A stretch of DNA of 64,000 bases from Bacillota bacterium (lineage in GTDB: Bacteria > Bacillota > Ch66 > Ch109): positions 32,001 through 96,000 of the forward strand of contig JBMNLH010000005.1 of NCBI GenBank assembly GCA_050952625.1. Reading direction: 5' to 3'. The position numbers and the translations under genes were made by a program. Under the pieces are notes generated by a model. The model had not been told where the DNA came from. It saw only the letters and a list, made by a program, of their open reading frames with translations, and did no database searches. Positions 11,320 through 21,195 of the stretch are shown here, piece by piece. Position 1 is the stretch's first letter; every line of letters starts with the position of its first letter.

Positions 11320-11503
11320 TCCTTCAGGGAGTTTGATTTCTGCTTCTTCTGGGTGTTGGTTCCCATTGCCGGGAAGGGTGCACCCTTAGCGTTTTTTGTA
11401 CAGGTTAACCCATTTGTACAGTGTGTTTAGTGGATGTTTAGTTCCTCGGCTATTATCTTAACCAGTTTGACTGCTTTTCTTCAATGGTTTTTCCTAGTTT
11501 CAT
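11320..11503 (-). pseudogene. IS3-family OrfA relic
   Basis: Minus-strand frames piece together as AEELNIH..TLYKWVNLYK...PFPGNGNQHPEEAEIKL, with stops and frameshifts. Confidence 0.65.
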
Positions 11504-11547
11504 GATGGACCTGCTGCTCTTTTAATTTATGAAGGATGTATTTATAA

Positions 11548-12822
11548 ATGGAAATTGCAAGTAATAAAATTAGCTTACCAAGACTAATTCTAACTATTTT
11601 AATCTGGTTAACTATTTTTGTCCCTGGTCATATGTATAATTGGGGAGTTGAACGGATCTATATAGCTTTTGTAGCGTTTTTGTGCAGTTGCTGTTTGGTC
11701 TTTAATAGAAGGTTAAAGAGCTGGCTCAATATTAGCCCTAATCTTCTTATAGTCTCATTTATAACTGTAACTATTATTGGTTTAGCAGGCTATGTTTTGT
11801 CGATTAATGTTTTTTTAATTAATACCGGTATAAGAGATTATATCGAGTTGCTAAGATGGCCCATATGTATTGCTTTTATTTTATTTGTAGCCCAATTTTT
11901 TAATAAACGGTACGTAGATGTTTTTAATAAAGCAATTGAAGCGTCACTATTATATTGCTTATTTGTATTTATTTTATATAAAATTAATGTTCCTTTTTTA
12001 TCATCCTTTTTCACAGAGATTATTTATTATGACGCTAAAACATGGTTCTCTCTGGATGGATATGGGCGTTTGTCCGTTCCATTTGAAAATCCTAATTTTT
12101 TAGCGTTTTATTTAAATGCGATTTTTACATATTTAATATTTTTTATGAAAGCCCCAAAATGGAAAAAATATATTTCATTAATAATGATTATTTTTCTTCT
12201 TTATCTAACAGGGTCTAGATCTGGATGGGTCGGTTCTTTTGTAATAATATTTGCTTGGGTTTTGTTAAATATCCGACTATTATTTACAAAAGCATACTTT
12301 AAGGCTATTGTATCTTTGATAATAATGGTACTAATATTATATTTTGGTTTTAAATTAATTTCACCTTATATTACAACAAACTACCGGATTCAAATGCTGA
12401 TGAATGCTATTGAAGGTGGCGGAATAACTACAGAAGCAAATTTGTCTGGAAGAATAGACCATATAAAACAAAGTTGGGGATATACATCCCAAGCCCCGCT
12501 TTTTGGTTGGGGATCTGCTAAGTATGGCCTAATGCAGATTATTGATAATCAGTATTTTACTTGGCTTTTTCGCTATGGGATAATAGGAACAACAATAATC
12601 CTAATAACTTGTTTTTATATAATAATAAACTTATTACGTTTAGCATCATTTAATCTTAAATATATCTACGGTTTGTTAGCATTATTTGCTCAAATTTTTG
12701 TAATGCTTGGAACAGGAGCGTTTCTTGATAATTTTAGACTATTTTTTATAATTGTAATTTTGTTTCAGGTAATATGGTTAATCTTGAGCGATGCTCGTGT
12801 TTCAATTATGAAGTCACAATAA
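11548..12822 (+). CDS. O-antigen polymerase/ligase family membrane protein
   Basis: Multi-TM; ENPN, TGSRSG and DNQY motifs; very AT-rich. Confidence 0.8.
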   Translation: MEIASNKISLPRLILTILIWLTIFVPGHMYNWGVERIYIAFVAFLCSCCLVFNRRLKSWLNISPNLLIVSFITVTIIGLAGYVLSINVFLINTGIRDYIELLRWPICIAFILFVAQFFNKRYVDVFNKAIEASLLYCLFVFILYKINVPFLSSFFTEIIYYDAKTWFSLDGYGRLSVPFENPNFLAFYLNAIFTYLIFFMKAPKWKKYISLIMIIFLLYLTGSRSGWVGSFVIIFAWVLLNIRLLFTKAYFKAIVSLIIMVLILYFGFKLISPYITTNYRIQMLMNAIEGGGITTEANLSGRIDHIKQSWGYTSQAPLFGWGSAKYGLMQIIDNQYFTWLFRYGIIGTTIILITCFYIIINLLRLASFNLKYIYGLLALFAQIFVMLGTGAFLDNFRLFFIIVILFQVIWLILSDARVSIMKSQ

Positions 12823-12839
12823 GGAGTTATTTTAAAGCT

Positions 12840-13844
12840 ATGTTATCAATTGTGGTAATAGGAAAAAATGAGTCAGATAACCTACCATTAGTTATTGCTT
12901 CATTAAAAAAATTACGAAAACAGGCTAGATTCCAGAATCAAATGATTTATGTGGATTCGGATTCATCTGATCTCTCAGTAGAGATAGCTAGATCATTCTT
13001 TGATGAAGTATATGTGTTGTCCTCTTCGGATAATCTGTGTGCATCGGCAGGGCGATATGTGGGAACATTAAAGGCTATTTACGAATGGATACTATATTTG
13101 GATGGTGACATGGAAGTTTGCAGTGAGTTTATTGATTTTATCTGTGAACACCTTGAGCAGCTTAATACTAATTATGGTTATGTAGGTAGTTATATATATT
13201 ATTATATTGATAATACGATAAGAGAAAATGCGTTAAATTATAAACATGATGGCCAAGTTGTAACTCATCATGGGGGAGCTGTGCTTCTTCCACGAACTGC
13301 AGTTATTCAAGCTGGAAATTGGAATCCGTGCATTTTTTCAAATGAGGAAATCGATTTATATACAAGGCTCAGAAATTGCGGATATGCTGTAGTTTTCGTA
13401 AACATACCAATGATCAGACATTATACTGAACGAATTACAAAAATCTCAACGTTGATAAGGTGTTTTATTCCATCTGCTAGGTTAGGTAAGAAGTTTTACG
13501 GCTTCGGGCAGTTGCTTAAATCACGTTACCTAAATAATGATATTTATAGTCTAATACGTTTTTTTCCGTATCCTTTCGTATATTGGATATGTTTAATAAT
13601 AGCGATATTTATAGCCTGGATAGGTTATTCTATGTATGCACTAATACCATTAGTTTTTGGGATAACTTTTACTGTTAAATATAAAGGATATCAGTATATT
13701 GCTCTTTATACCGCTTTTATTGTCCAGGCACTAATGGGAATAGGCAAATATGAAAAAGATTATATACCGATTATTAAGAATGAATATATAAAATCTAATC
13801 TTTATTTAGAAATGAATAAATTAGAAAGTAAGCGTCTTGTTTAG
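12840..13844 (+). CDS. Glycosyltransferase family 2
   Basis: SIVVIGKNE, VDSDSSD, LDGDM and EEIDL motifs; ATG at 12840 follows RBS aggag. Confidence 0.85.
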   Translation: MLSIVVIGKNESDNLPLVIASLKKLRKQARFQNQMIYVDSDSSDLSVEIARSFFDEVYVLSSSDNLCASAGRYVGTLKAIYEWILYLDGDMEVCSEFIDFICEHLEQLNTNYGYVGSYIYYYIDNTIRENALNYKHDGQVVTHHGGAVLLPRTAVIQAGNWNPCIFSNEEIDLYTRLRNCGYAVVFVNIPMIRHYTERITKISTLIRCFIPSARLGKKFYGFGQLLKSRYLNNDIYSLIRFFPYPFVYWICLIIAIFIAWIGYSMYALIPLVFGITFTVKYKGYQYIALYTAFIVQALMGIGKYEKDYIPIIKNEYIKSNLYLEMNKLESKRLV

Positions 13845-13874
13845 TAAGTTAGCAGCTTAGAGGAGCAAATAACC

Positions 13875-14777
13875 ATGAGCTATGTAGTTACTGGCGGGGC
13901 AGGTTTTATCGGTTCTCATCTGGTAGATGCCTTATTAGATAAGGGAGAAGAAGTTCATGTAGTAGATAATTTATCTACAGGTAAAGAGAAAAACCTTAAC
14001 CCAGCCACCTATTTTTATAAAATGGATGTTTGCGATTCCAGTCTATGTAAACTGATATGCAGCATTCAACCGGAAACGGTATTTCATTTAGCTGCGCAGG
14101 TTAGTGTGCCACGTTCTATTGAGAATTCTTATGAGGATACAAGGGTAAATGTTCTAGGGACAGTAAACTTGCTGGAAGCTTGTGTACAAGCTCGGGTTAA
14201 GCGGGTTATTTTTTCATCATCAGCAGCGGTATATGGTATACCTCAGTACCTGCCAATTGATGAGGAACATCCTTTGCTGAGCATTTCCCCTTACGGAACT
14301 AGTAAAGTAGCAGCGGAAAAATATTTACAGCTTTATCATCGAATATACGGTTTGGAGTACGTTATTCTACGATATGCGAATGTGTTTGGCCCCAGGCAGG
14401 ATGCTGATGGAGAAGGTGGAGTAGTGTCCATATTTGCTCAGGCAATACGCGATGGGCTGCCATTAAAGATTTACAGCGATGGAGAACAAACCCGTGATTT
14501 TATTTATGTAAAAGATATAGTAAGGGCTAACTTAGCTGCCAGGCTATGTAAACCTGCTATTACTGTTAATGTGAGTACGGAACGTGCTACTTCTGTTAAT
14601 CAACTGGCTAATTTTATGAATAGAATAGGCAATTTCTCCAGCTCAATTAAGTATGAATCTGAACGGCCAGGAGACATAAGGGATAGCATTTTGTCTAATA
14701 GCCGCGCTAAAGAGGAACTGCATTGGGAACCCGTTTATACTCTAGAAGAAGGACTTTATGAGATGCTGGAGTCATAA
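13875..14777 (+). CDS. NAD-dependent epimerase (UDP-glucose 4-epimerase-like)
   Basis: TGGAGFIGSH, YGTSK and RDFIYV motifs. Confidence 0.9.
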   Translation: MSYVVTGGAGFIGSHLVDALLDKGEEVHVVDNLSTGKEKNLNPATYFYKMDVCDSSLCKLICSIQPETVFHLAAQVSVPRSIENSYEDTRVNVLGTVNLLEACVQARVKRVIFSSSAAVYGIPQYLPIDEEHPLLSISPYGTSKVAAEKYLQLYHRIYGLEYVILRYANVFGPRQDADGEGGVVSIFAQAIRDGLPLKIYSDGEQTRDFIYVKDIVRANLAARLCKPAITVNVSTERATSVNQLANFMNRIGNFSSSIKYESERPGDIRDSILSNSRAKEELHWEPVYTLEEGLYEMLES

Positions 14778-14839
14778 GCTCGATAATAATAGTTTAGATA
14801 TTTTATACTGATACATTTTTGGCTTGTGAGGGGGTATAA

Positions 14840-16000
14840 ATAGTTTCTAGGAAAGTTTTATTTGTTACAACGGTACCCAGCACTATTAGAGCATTTCTAT
14901 TACCCTTTGCTAAGCATTTCCGGAACATGGGATGGACTGTTGATGCGGCAGCTGCCGGGATAGGAAGCTTTGACGAATGTGTAGAAGTATTTGATAATGT
15001 CTGGGAGATACAATGGTCGCGAAACCTGCTGGATCTTAATAATCTTTTTGATGCTCCAAAGGCAATACAGGAAATTGTCCAACAAGAGGGTTATGATCTA
15101 GTACATGTTCATACCCCTGTAGCGGCATTTGTAACTCGATGGGCTCTGCGTAAGGTGAGAAGGAATAATAAGCTTAAGGTAATTTATACGGCTCATGGCT
15201 TTCATTTTATCAAAGGTGCTCCTTTTTATAAAAATCTAGTGTTTATTATTCTTGAAAAGCTGGCGGGGAACTGGACAGATTATTTGGTTGTTATTAATAA
15301 AGATGATCAGGAAGCTGCCTTAAAGTATCGTATAATAAAAAAAGCTAATTTACTATACATGCCTGGAATAGGGATAGATAGTGCGTATTTTGATCCAAAT
15401 CTTATTTCGGAAAATGATTTAAATGAAGTAAGGGATGAAATAGGGTTAGATGAAAATGATAGATATTTTTTAATGGTGGCTGAGTTTAATAATAACAAAA
15501 ATCAAGCTGAAGCTGTAAAAGCCCTACATAAGTTAAATAACCAAAGTATACATATAGTGTTTGCTGGTACTGGTTCTACCATGGCGACGGTGAAGGAATT
15601 ATCCGAACACCTGGAAATTTCGGATAGGGTTCATTTTTTAGGTTATAGGAATGATATTCCTCGTTTAATAAAGGGGTCAATAGCACTACTGTTAACGTCA
15701 AGAAGAGAAGGTCTTCCTAGATGTATTTTAGAATCAATGAGTTTGGAAGTGCCTGTTATCGCCACAAATATAAGGGGTACGCGGGAATTATTAGCAGATG
15801 GCGTAGGAATTGTCTATCGGGCCGGGGATGTTGAAGGGTTGAAGAATGCTATGGAGTATGTTATTCATAACCCAGTAGAAGCGCAAGAAATGGGTAGACG
15901 TGGGAGAAAAAAGATTATAGAGAAATATGAATTAAAAAAAATTATCCAAATGCATGAGGACTTGTATTATAGAGCTTTGAAAGATAACCGGGTTGATTGA
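14840..16000 (+). CDS. Glycosyltransferase family 4; probable non-canonical ATA start
   Basis: HVHTP, YTAHGFHF and REGLPR motifs; conserved N-terminus KVLFVTTV lies upstream of the ORF-track ATG. Confidence 0.85.
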   Translation: MVSRKVLFVTTVPSTIRAFLLPFAKHFRNMGWTVDAAAAGIGSFDECVEVFDNVWEIQWSRNLLDLNNLFDAPKAIQEIVQQEGYDLVHVHTPVAAFVTRWALRKVRRNNKLKVIYTAHGFHFIKGAPFYKNLVFIILEKLAGNWTDYLVVINKDDQEAALKYRIIKKANLLYMPGIGIDSAYFDPNLISENDLNEVRDEIGLDENDRYFLMVAEFNNNKNQAEAVKALHKLNNQSIHIVFAGTGSTMATVKELSEHLEISDRVHFLGYRNDIPRLIKGSIALLLTSRREGLPRCILESMSLEVPVIATNIRGTRELLADGVGIVYRAGDVEGLKNAMEYVIHNPVEAQEMGRRGRKKIIEKYELKKIIQMHEDLYYRALKDNRVD

Positions 16001-16036
16001 CTGGATGAACCCGGGTCACCCCGAGTTCACCCAGTC
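16000..16036. terminator. Hairpin between convergent genes
   Basis: Imperfect inverted repeat actggatgaacccggg...cccgagttcacccagt. Confidence 0.5.
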
Positions 16037-16836
16037 TGATCCTTTTTAACCTTACTTTCGATTTGCTGCTGCCTGATAAGAGCGGATACGAGGATGGCCA
16101 GGTTGGTTACCTGATGCAACAGAGCGTAAGATAGCTTGTTGATGTCATCGATGTCGCCGATATTGCGATAATCTATCTTGGCTATCTCGTTGATCAAGCT
16201 AAATTGAGGAATTAAGTCGGTTTGTGCAGGCTGGGTTAGGATCTGGTACCTTAATCCGGGATCAGCCAATTGCCCGGGAGCCCGGTTTGGATACGAGTGG
16301 AGTTCTGCTAAAGCCTTTTTGATGCTAACCGCTTCCCCCTCGAGCTTGAACAGGGATTTTACCTGCTGCTGAACATCAAGCCAGGTACCGTCACGAAAAA
16401 AGATTCGGGACCCGGGTTTGCCCTCGCTCGCCGGGTGGGCTTTGAAAGATTTTATCTTATTGGCCACCACATAGCCGGTCGCCCCATCGTCTTTAGTGAG
16501 CGGCGTCCGGGCATGGACCGGGATCAACAATAAATCCTGGTTTATGCTTAGCGGTGCATTATTGGTACGTTTAACCAGTTGGGCGCATTGTTTCCGGAGA
16601 ACAGCCAGGTCCAGAGAAAAAATTTTGCCCAGGCCGTTGAGGACCGTCTTCAAACGTCGGGGGTCCTGATAGGCTGGTTGACCTTCCAGTCCAACCAGGG
16701 TTTGATTGCCGCCATGGTCACCATAAACCGGGATTAAGTACTTTATGGCTGGCCAATTTTTACGGTACGAGAATTGACGGGATTTAACTGCTGGTGAACC
16801 TTGATCCTGCTTTTCTGGTTGATGATTAACGGCAAC
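16027..16836 (-). CDS. ComK-like protein with C-terminal extension
   Basis: YLIPVYGDHGGNQT...KTVL...PLSINQDLLLIPVHARTP..DDGATGYV...IFFRDG pattern resembles the ComK family; frame is open 61 codons upstream of the ORF-track TTG. Confidence 0.6.
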   Translation of the reverse strand, partial: VAVNHQPEKQDQGSPAVKSRQFSYRKNWPAIKYLIPVYGDHGGNQTLVGLEGQPAYQDPRRLKTVLNGLGKIFSLDLAVLRKQCAQLVKRTNNAPLSINQDLLLIPVHARTPLTKDDGATGYVVANKIKSFKAHPASEGKPGSRIFFRDGTWLDVQQQVKSLFKLEGEAVSIKKALAELHSYPNRAPGQLADPGLRYQILTQPAQTDLIPQFSLINEIAKIDYRNIGDIDDINKLSYALLHQVTNLAILVSALIRQQQIESKVKKDQTG

Positions 16837-16877
16837 CGCCCCCTTTTCTGAATAAATGATTGTTTGGACTATTAGTT

Positions 16878-16906
16878 ATTGTATCAGAACAAATGTTCTG
16901 GCACAA
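16878..16906 (-). promoter_or_regulatory. Sigma-A promoter with a LexA (Cheo) box in the spacer
   Basis: TTGTGC-17 bp-TACAAT; GAACAAATGTTC at 16887-16898. Confidence 0.8.
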
Positions 16907-16962
16907 AAAGCAAAAAGGGCTTCTGATCTTGGAACACGGACTTTAGTAGCTATGAACCAGGT

Positions 16963-17130
16963 TTATTTCGACGATGAAGGATATAACGTGTTTTTGCCAC
17001 CTATTTCCTGGCCCAGGTGCACAATTGCTACTGTGAGTTCGTCTAACTTCTTTTCTACCCGCACGAGCAAAAAGACCGTGACCAGCATCGGAAAGCCGTA
17101 GTTGCCAATCTGGGTCCATAAGGTTTCCAT
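16963..17130 (-). CDS. YvrJ family small membrane protein
   Basis: METLWTQIGNYGFPMLVTVFLLVRVEKKLDEL; RBS agaggtga. Confidence 0.85.
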   Translation of the reverse strand: METLWTQIGNYGFPMLVTVFLLVRVEKKLDELTVAIVHLGQEIGGKNTLYPSSSK

Positions 17131-17519
17131 AGTCTCACCTCTTTCTGGTTGCTGTCTTCTGCGGTCATTTTGAGCAGAGCGAAGAATCTTAACACCATAG
17201 TTTCCATCTGGCAGCCTGAGTGTCAGCGGAGAGGATTCTTCATTCCGTTCAAAATTATCCGGCGTTGACCGCACCACGATAAACGAATAATGGTATATTA
17301 AAAGTAATGACAAATACAATGGGTCTGATCCCGGGTTGGGGCCCGGGATCAGTGGGGTGAACTTCAATCTAAGCTGGTTATTTTCAGTATGGTCTAGATC
17401 TAGGTCCTTTAGAGTTAATACGTCGAGGTTATATGTGCCGTCGCTCGGGTATGGTTCCGAGAAAGGGCCTCTTTTAGTAAATCAAACCCTGAGGATTCAA
17501 TTCACTGAGGCGGTTTTAG

Positions 17520-17741
17520 CTAGTCCGTTTTAAACAACTGCACGGTTTCGCGACTGACGATGCGGGCTTCAATTACCCCCACCAGGTCCCCCGTGGAACT
17601 GGTAAAGATGTTTTTGGCGACAATGGTTTCCATCGCGTTTTGCACGGTCGTAGCGTCCAGGGTTTCCAGCGGATCGTCTAGAGAGAGGGTTGCCCGGCGT
17701 CCACCGGCGGTTCGAAAAACCATCTGTAATTGTTGATTCAT
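17520..17741 (-). CDS. DUF2922 family protein
   Basis: LQMVFRTAGGRRATLSLDDP...MxTIVAKNIF; RBS aaggagtg. Confidence 0.8.
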   Translation of the reverse strand: MNQQLQMVFRTAGGRRATLSLDDPLETLDATTVQNAMETIVAKNIFTSSTGDLVGVIEARIVSRETVQLFKTD

Positions 17742-18018
17742 TTGCTTCACTCCTTTCTGGCCTGGCCTGCCTGATGACTAGCACGGCCTGAATGGATCGA
17801 GGAAGGTCATGATAGACTCTGCCGATCCCAGACTCCTGCTTATACCTAAAACTTTTGCTGCCTGCAGGAAGGCCTCGATAGACTCTGCCGATCCGCCAGT
17901 CAGCGGGTAGTGACTGGGGCACCGGTGAACCAGGGAGGCCAGGCTGGATAGTTGGTTTTTTGATTTATTTGGTTAGGTTAGGTTTGGTCTGTTTTGAACT
18001 GGTCTGGCAATCTACTGA

Positions 18019-18243
18019 CTACTCGTTTTCCAGACTGAATTCATCAATCCGCTGCACCGCACTTAAGGTGTGCTGCTGCAGGGACACCAGCAGGTTGGCG
18101 ACGTCAAAAACGTCCTGATCATCCGCGCTGGGTTTGACGTTGCGGAAGCTCCGATTTTTGAGAATCGGGCTGCCATCCTGATCAAAGCCGGTCTCCAGGG
18201 TAAGCCGCAGGGTGCTTCCCAGAGGGGTTTCTAAAACTGCCAT
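18019..18243 (-). CDS. DUF1659 family protein
   Basis: LRLTLETGFD..G.PILKNRSFRNVK...A..L.SLQ; RBS aaggaggtg. Confidence 0.8.
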   Translation of the reverse strand: MAVLETPLGSTLRLTLETGFDQDGSPILKNRSFRNVKPSADDQDVFDVANLLVSLQQHTLSAVQRIDEFSLENE

Positions 18244-18268
18244 TTGGTTTCACCTCCTTTCGAGGCTT

Positions 18269-18319
18269 ATTGTACGGGGGAAATCAGGATCTGCCAAAGG
18301 CCGAACGAACATTAGTTCG
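18269..18319 (-). promoter_or_regulatory. Promoter with a LexA box upstream of DUF1659
   Basis: TTGGCA-17 bp-TACAAT; CGAACATTAGTTCG at 18306-18319. Confidence 0.75.
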
Positions 18320-18682
18320 AACAGAGTGGCGGTGGCCTATGTGGCGAGTTGGGCGGGAATCGGGAGGAGTCAGGGCAGAATCGAAACGGAGGCGGGATGT
18401 ATCGGCCAGGTCGAGAAGGGATGAGAGCGGCGAGTGGGGTCCGGGGAGGGGTGTTTTGGTTTGTTTTGGTTGATCAACCAAGGGGACGGTTCTTGCGGCT
18501 GGTTGGTCGCGGTATGTGACTTACAACTTACACTTGCCCGGCGATTGACAGGTCAAATGAGACGCAAGTTCTGAATGAAAACAATCAATGCCGTAACTTT
18601 CTGGACCCAGCTATAAAAGGACAAGTGAGATCAATATGACATTACTTCTGATAGAGGGATGAACTAAGGAGAATTTAAGCTT

Positions 18683-19315
18683 ATGAAAGACTTGATTATT
18701 GTTGGAGCCGGTGCCTTAGGGAGAGAGTTGCTCCAGTGGATTAAAGATATTAATAGGATACAAGCAAAATGGGTTATCAAGGGCTTTATTAATGATAATC
18801 CCAACGCCCTAGATGGGTTGGCATGCGATTATAGCATTATTGGGAGCATTCAGGCATGGCAGCCGAAAGAAACCGAAGTGTTTGCTTGTGCAATTGCAAA
18901 CCCTAGTGCAAAAGAAAAAGTTGTGAACTTACTAAAATCAAAAGGAGCTTCTTTTGAAACAATTATCCATCCTACGGCTGTAATCGGAGATCATAATGCA
19001 ATTGGAGAGGGCGTTGTGGTGTATCCATATGCATGTATTACAGTGAATACTAAAATAGGTGATTTTGTTACTTTATTACGATCGGGAATCGGACATGACG
19101 TCGTAGTTGGTGATTTTAGTACAATTTCTTCGTTTTGTGATATAACTGGAAGAGTACAAGTGGGACGCAGCGTTTTCTTTGGAAGTGGGGTAACAGTGGT
19201 TCCAGGAAGGAAAATTGGTGATAATGCCTATATTGGAGCAGGCAGTGTAGTCGTTACCCATGTAAAAGCTAATACAAAGGTTATGGGTTACCCGGCAAAA
19301 AAATTTTTATTTTAA
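18683..19315 (+). CDS. NeuD/PglD-family sugar acyltransferase
   Basis: GAGALGRE, IHPTA, hexapeptide repeats, GAGSVV and GYPA motifs. Confidence 0.88.
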   Translation: MKDLIIVGAGALGRELLQWIKDINRIQAKWVIKGFINDNPNALDGLACDYSIIGSIQAWQPKETEVFACAIANPSAKEKVVNLLKSKGASFETIIHPTAVIGDHNAIGEGVVVYPYACITVNTKIGDFVTLLRSGIGHDVVVGDFSTISSFCDITGRVQVGRSVFFGSGVTVVPGRKIGDNAYIGAGSVVVTHVKANTKVMGYPAKKFLF

Positions 19316-19498
19316 ACCTAGATGAGATTTGTCCCGAGCGAAACAGTCCCTGATCTTAGGTACTGAGCTTTCATGAGAGGTCGAACTATAATAATTTTAC
19401 CTTGATTGTTTTGAGGACTAGCTGAGGAACTAACCGTAGAGGGTTGTTGATTGCAAGACACTGGATGAAATAGAACACAACGTTAAGGAAGTGAATTA

Positions 19499-20500
19499 GT
19501 GGATATTGGGATTAAGGCTATTGAATATACGCTTCCTGAAAAAGTATTAACTAATGAGGAATTGGCACAAATATATGATAGTTGGACACCTGAAAAAATT
19601 CTCACAAAGACCGGTATCGCAGCGCGTCATATTGTTTCAGTAGGCGAATGTGCGTCTGATTTGGCTGAAACAGCTGCAAAAAAACTCTTTGAATCCGGTG
19701 TGATTTCACCCAAAGATATTGATCTTATTCTATTGGCTACCCAAAGTCCAGATTATCAACTGCCCACAACGGCCTGTATTTTGCAAGATAGATTAGGAAT
19801 ACCCCAAACTGCAGGAGCGTTTGATTTTAATTTAGGCTGTTCTGCCTACATCTATGGGTTGGCTATTGCCAAAGGCTTAGTTAACACTGGAGTTGCCCAG
19901 AACGTATTATTGCTCACCGCAGAAACCTATACGAAACATATACATAGGTTGGATAAAAGCACCCGTACCATCTTTGGCGATGCCGCTGCGGCAACGCTAA
20001 TTGGTCATAATGGACATGCTATTGGCGATTTTGATTTAGGAACCGATGGCAGCGGCAAGAATGCTTTAATCATCCCTTCCAGCGGGGCTAGATTATCGCG
20101 TTCTGAAGCTACCGCGAAAGAGTATGAGGATAACGGCTCTATTCGCTCTCAGGACAATCTATTTATGGATGGGGCTGAAGTGTTTAATTTTTCAATTCGA
20201 GTTGTTCCTCAGAGTGTAAAGAATGTCTTAGAGAAGCACAACTTAGCATTAGCTGATATTGATCTGTTCGTATTTCATCAGGCTAATAAGTTTATGTTGG
20301 ACTATTTGAGGAAGAAGATAAATATCCCCAGGGAAAAATTTTATGTAAATATGCAAGACATCGGCAACACGGTATCGGCAACCATCCCTATTGCTTTGAA
20401 ACGAGCTGAAGAAGAAGGACGATTGCATAAAGGCGATAAGATTTTGTTATCAGGATTTGGGGTAGGGTTTTCTTGGGGTTCAACTATCATTACCTATTAA
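19499..20500 (+). CDS. Ketoacyl-ACP synthase III (FabH-like)
   Basis: NLGCSAY, FHQAN, GNTVSA and GFGVG motifs. Confidence 0.92.
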   Translation: MDIGIKAIEYTLPEKVLTNEELAQIYDSWTPEKILTKTGIAARHIVSVGECASDLAETAAKKLFESGVISPKDIDLILLATQSPDYQLPTTACILQDRLGIPQTAGAFDFNLGCSAYIYGLAIAKGLVNTGVAQNVLLLTAETYTKHIHRLDKSTRTIFGDAAAATLIGHNGHAIGDFDLGTDGSGKNALIIPSSGARLSRSEATAKEYEDNGSIRSQDNLFMDGAEVFNFSIRVVPQSVKNVLEKHNLALADIDLFVFHQANKFMLDYLRKKINIPREKFYVNMQDIGNTVSATIPIALKRAEEEGRLHKGDKILLSGFGVGFSWGSTIITY

Positions 20501-20582
20501 AGATCCATGTACACCGGTGCACAAGCAGCGATGAGAAAAATTTTGTGTTAACTTTAATTTTAAAAAAAGGGGATATTTAACT

Positions 20583-21195
20583 TTGATTCAATCAGCTTTT
20601 GAGAATATAAGAATTAGTGGAGTTGCATGTACAGTTCCTACGACTAGAGACATACTGCTCGAAAAATACGCTCATGTTTTTGGAGAAGAAACCGTCCAGA
20701 AATTCAGTAAAATGACCGGAGTAATCTCGCGTCGCGTCACTAACCGAGAGCAAACGGCGTCTGACTTATCATACGAAGCCGCTAGGTATTTGATGAAACA
20801 GAAAGACATACAACCGGAAACGATAGGGGCTATTGTATTAGTTACTCAAACACCTGACTATCGTATCCCATCCTCAGCCTGTGTTCTGCATAAAAGACTT
20901 GGACTCTCGAAAGATTGTATGGCCTTTGACGTCAATTTAGGTTGTTCTGGCTATGTATACGGGATACAGATATTATCGTCTCTTATGGCGAACAGTAATA
21001 TTGATAGGGGTTTGCTTTTGGCGGCGGATACTATTACTTGGTCATGAAAGAAACCGGCGCATCAAAACCCTAATGTGCGGCTTTGGGATAGGGTTATCTT
21101 GGGGAGTTGTTTCAGCAGAAGTGAATACCGATGATATTTATCCAATTACAGAAAGTGATGAGTACTATACCGAAGGAGCGGTGAGTCATGATTAA
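20583..21195 (+). pseudogene. Second FabH-like gene with a large internal deletion
   Basis: N-half (NLGCSGY) joined out of frame to the C-terminal CGFGIGLSWG; the HQAN/GNT region is absent. Confidence 0.85.

Larger units (their letters stand above)
16820..18480 (-). repeat. DUF1659-DUF2922-YvrJ module, copy 1 (direct repeat of 28330-29906)
   Basis: Near-identical proteins and conserved intergenic sequence in both copies. Confidence 0.9.

Noticed and set aside
16963-17367. 134-aa ORF-track version of YvrJ
   Set aside because: The extension runs through a palindromic repeat and is not preserved in copy 2; the RBS supports a start at 17130
17569-17922. Alternative-frame ORFs overlapping DUF2922 (also 29086..29310) and ORFs at 18212-18481 and 29716-29898
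   Set aside because: Shadow frames over real genes or G-rich low-complexity promoter DNA; lengths differ between the two copies
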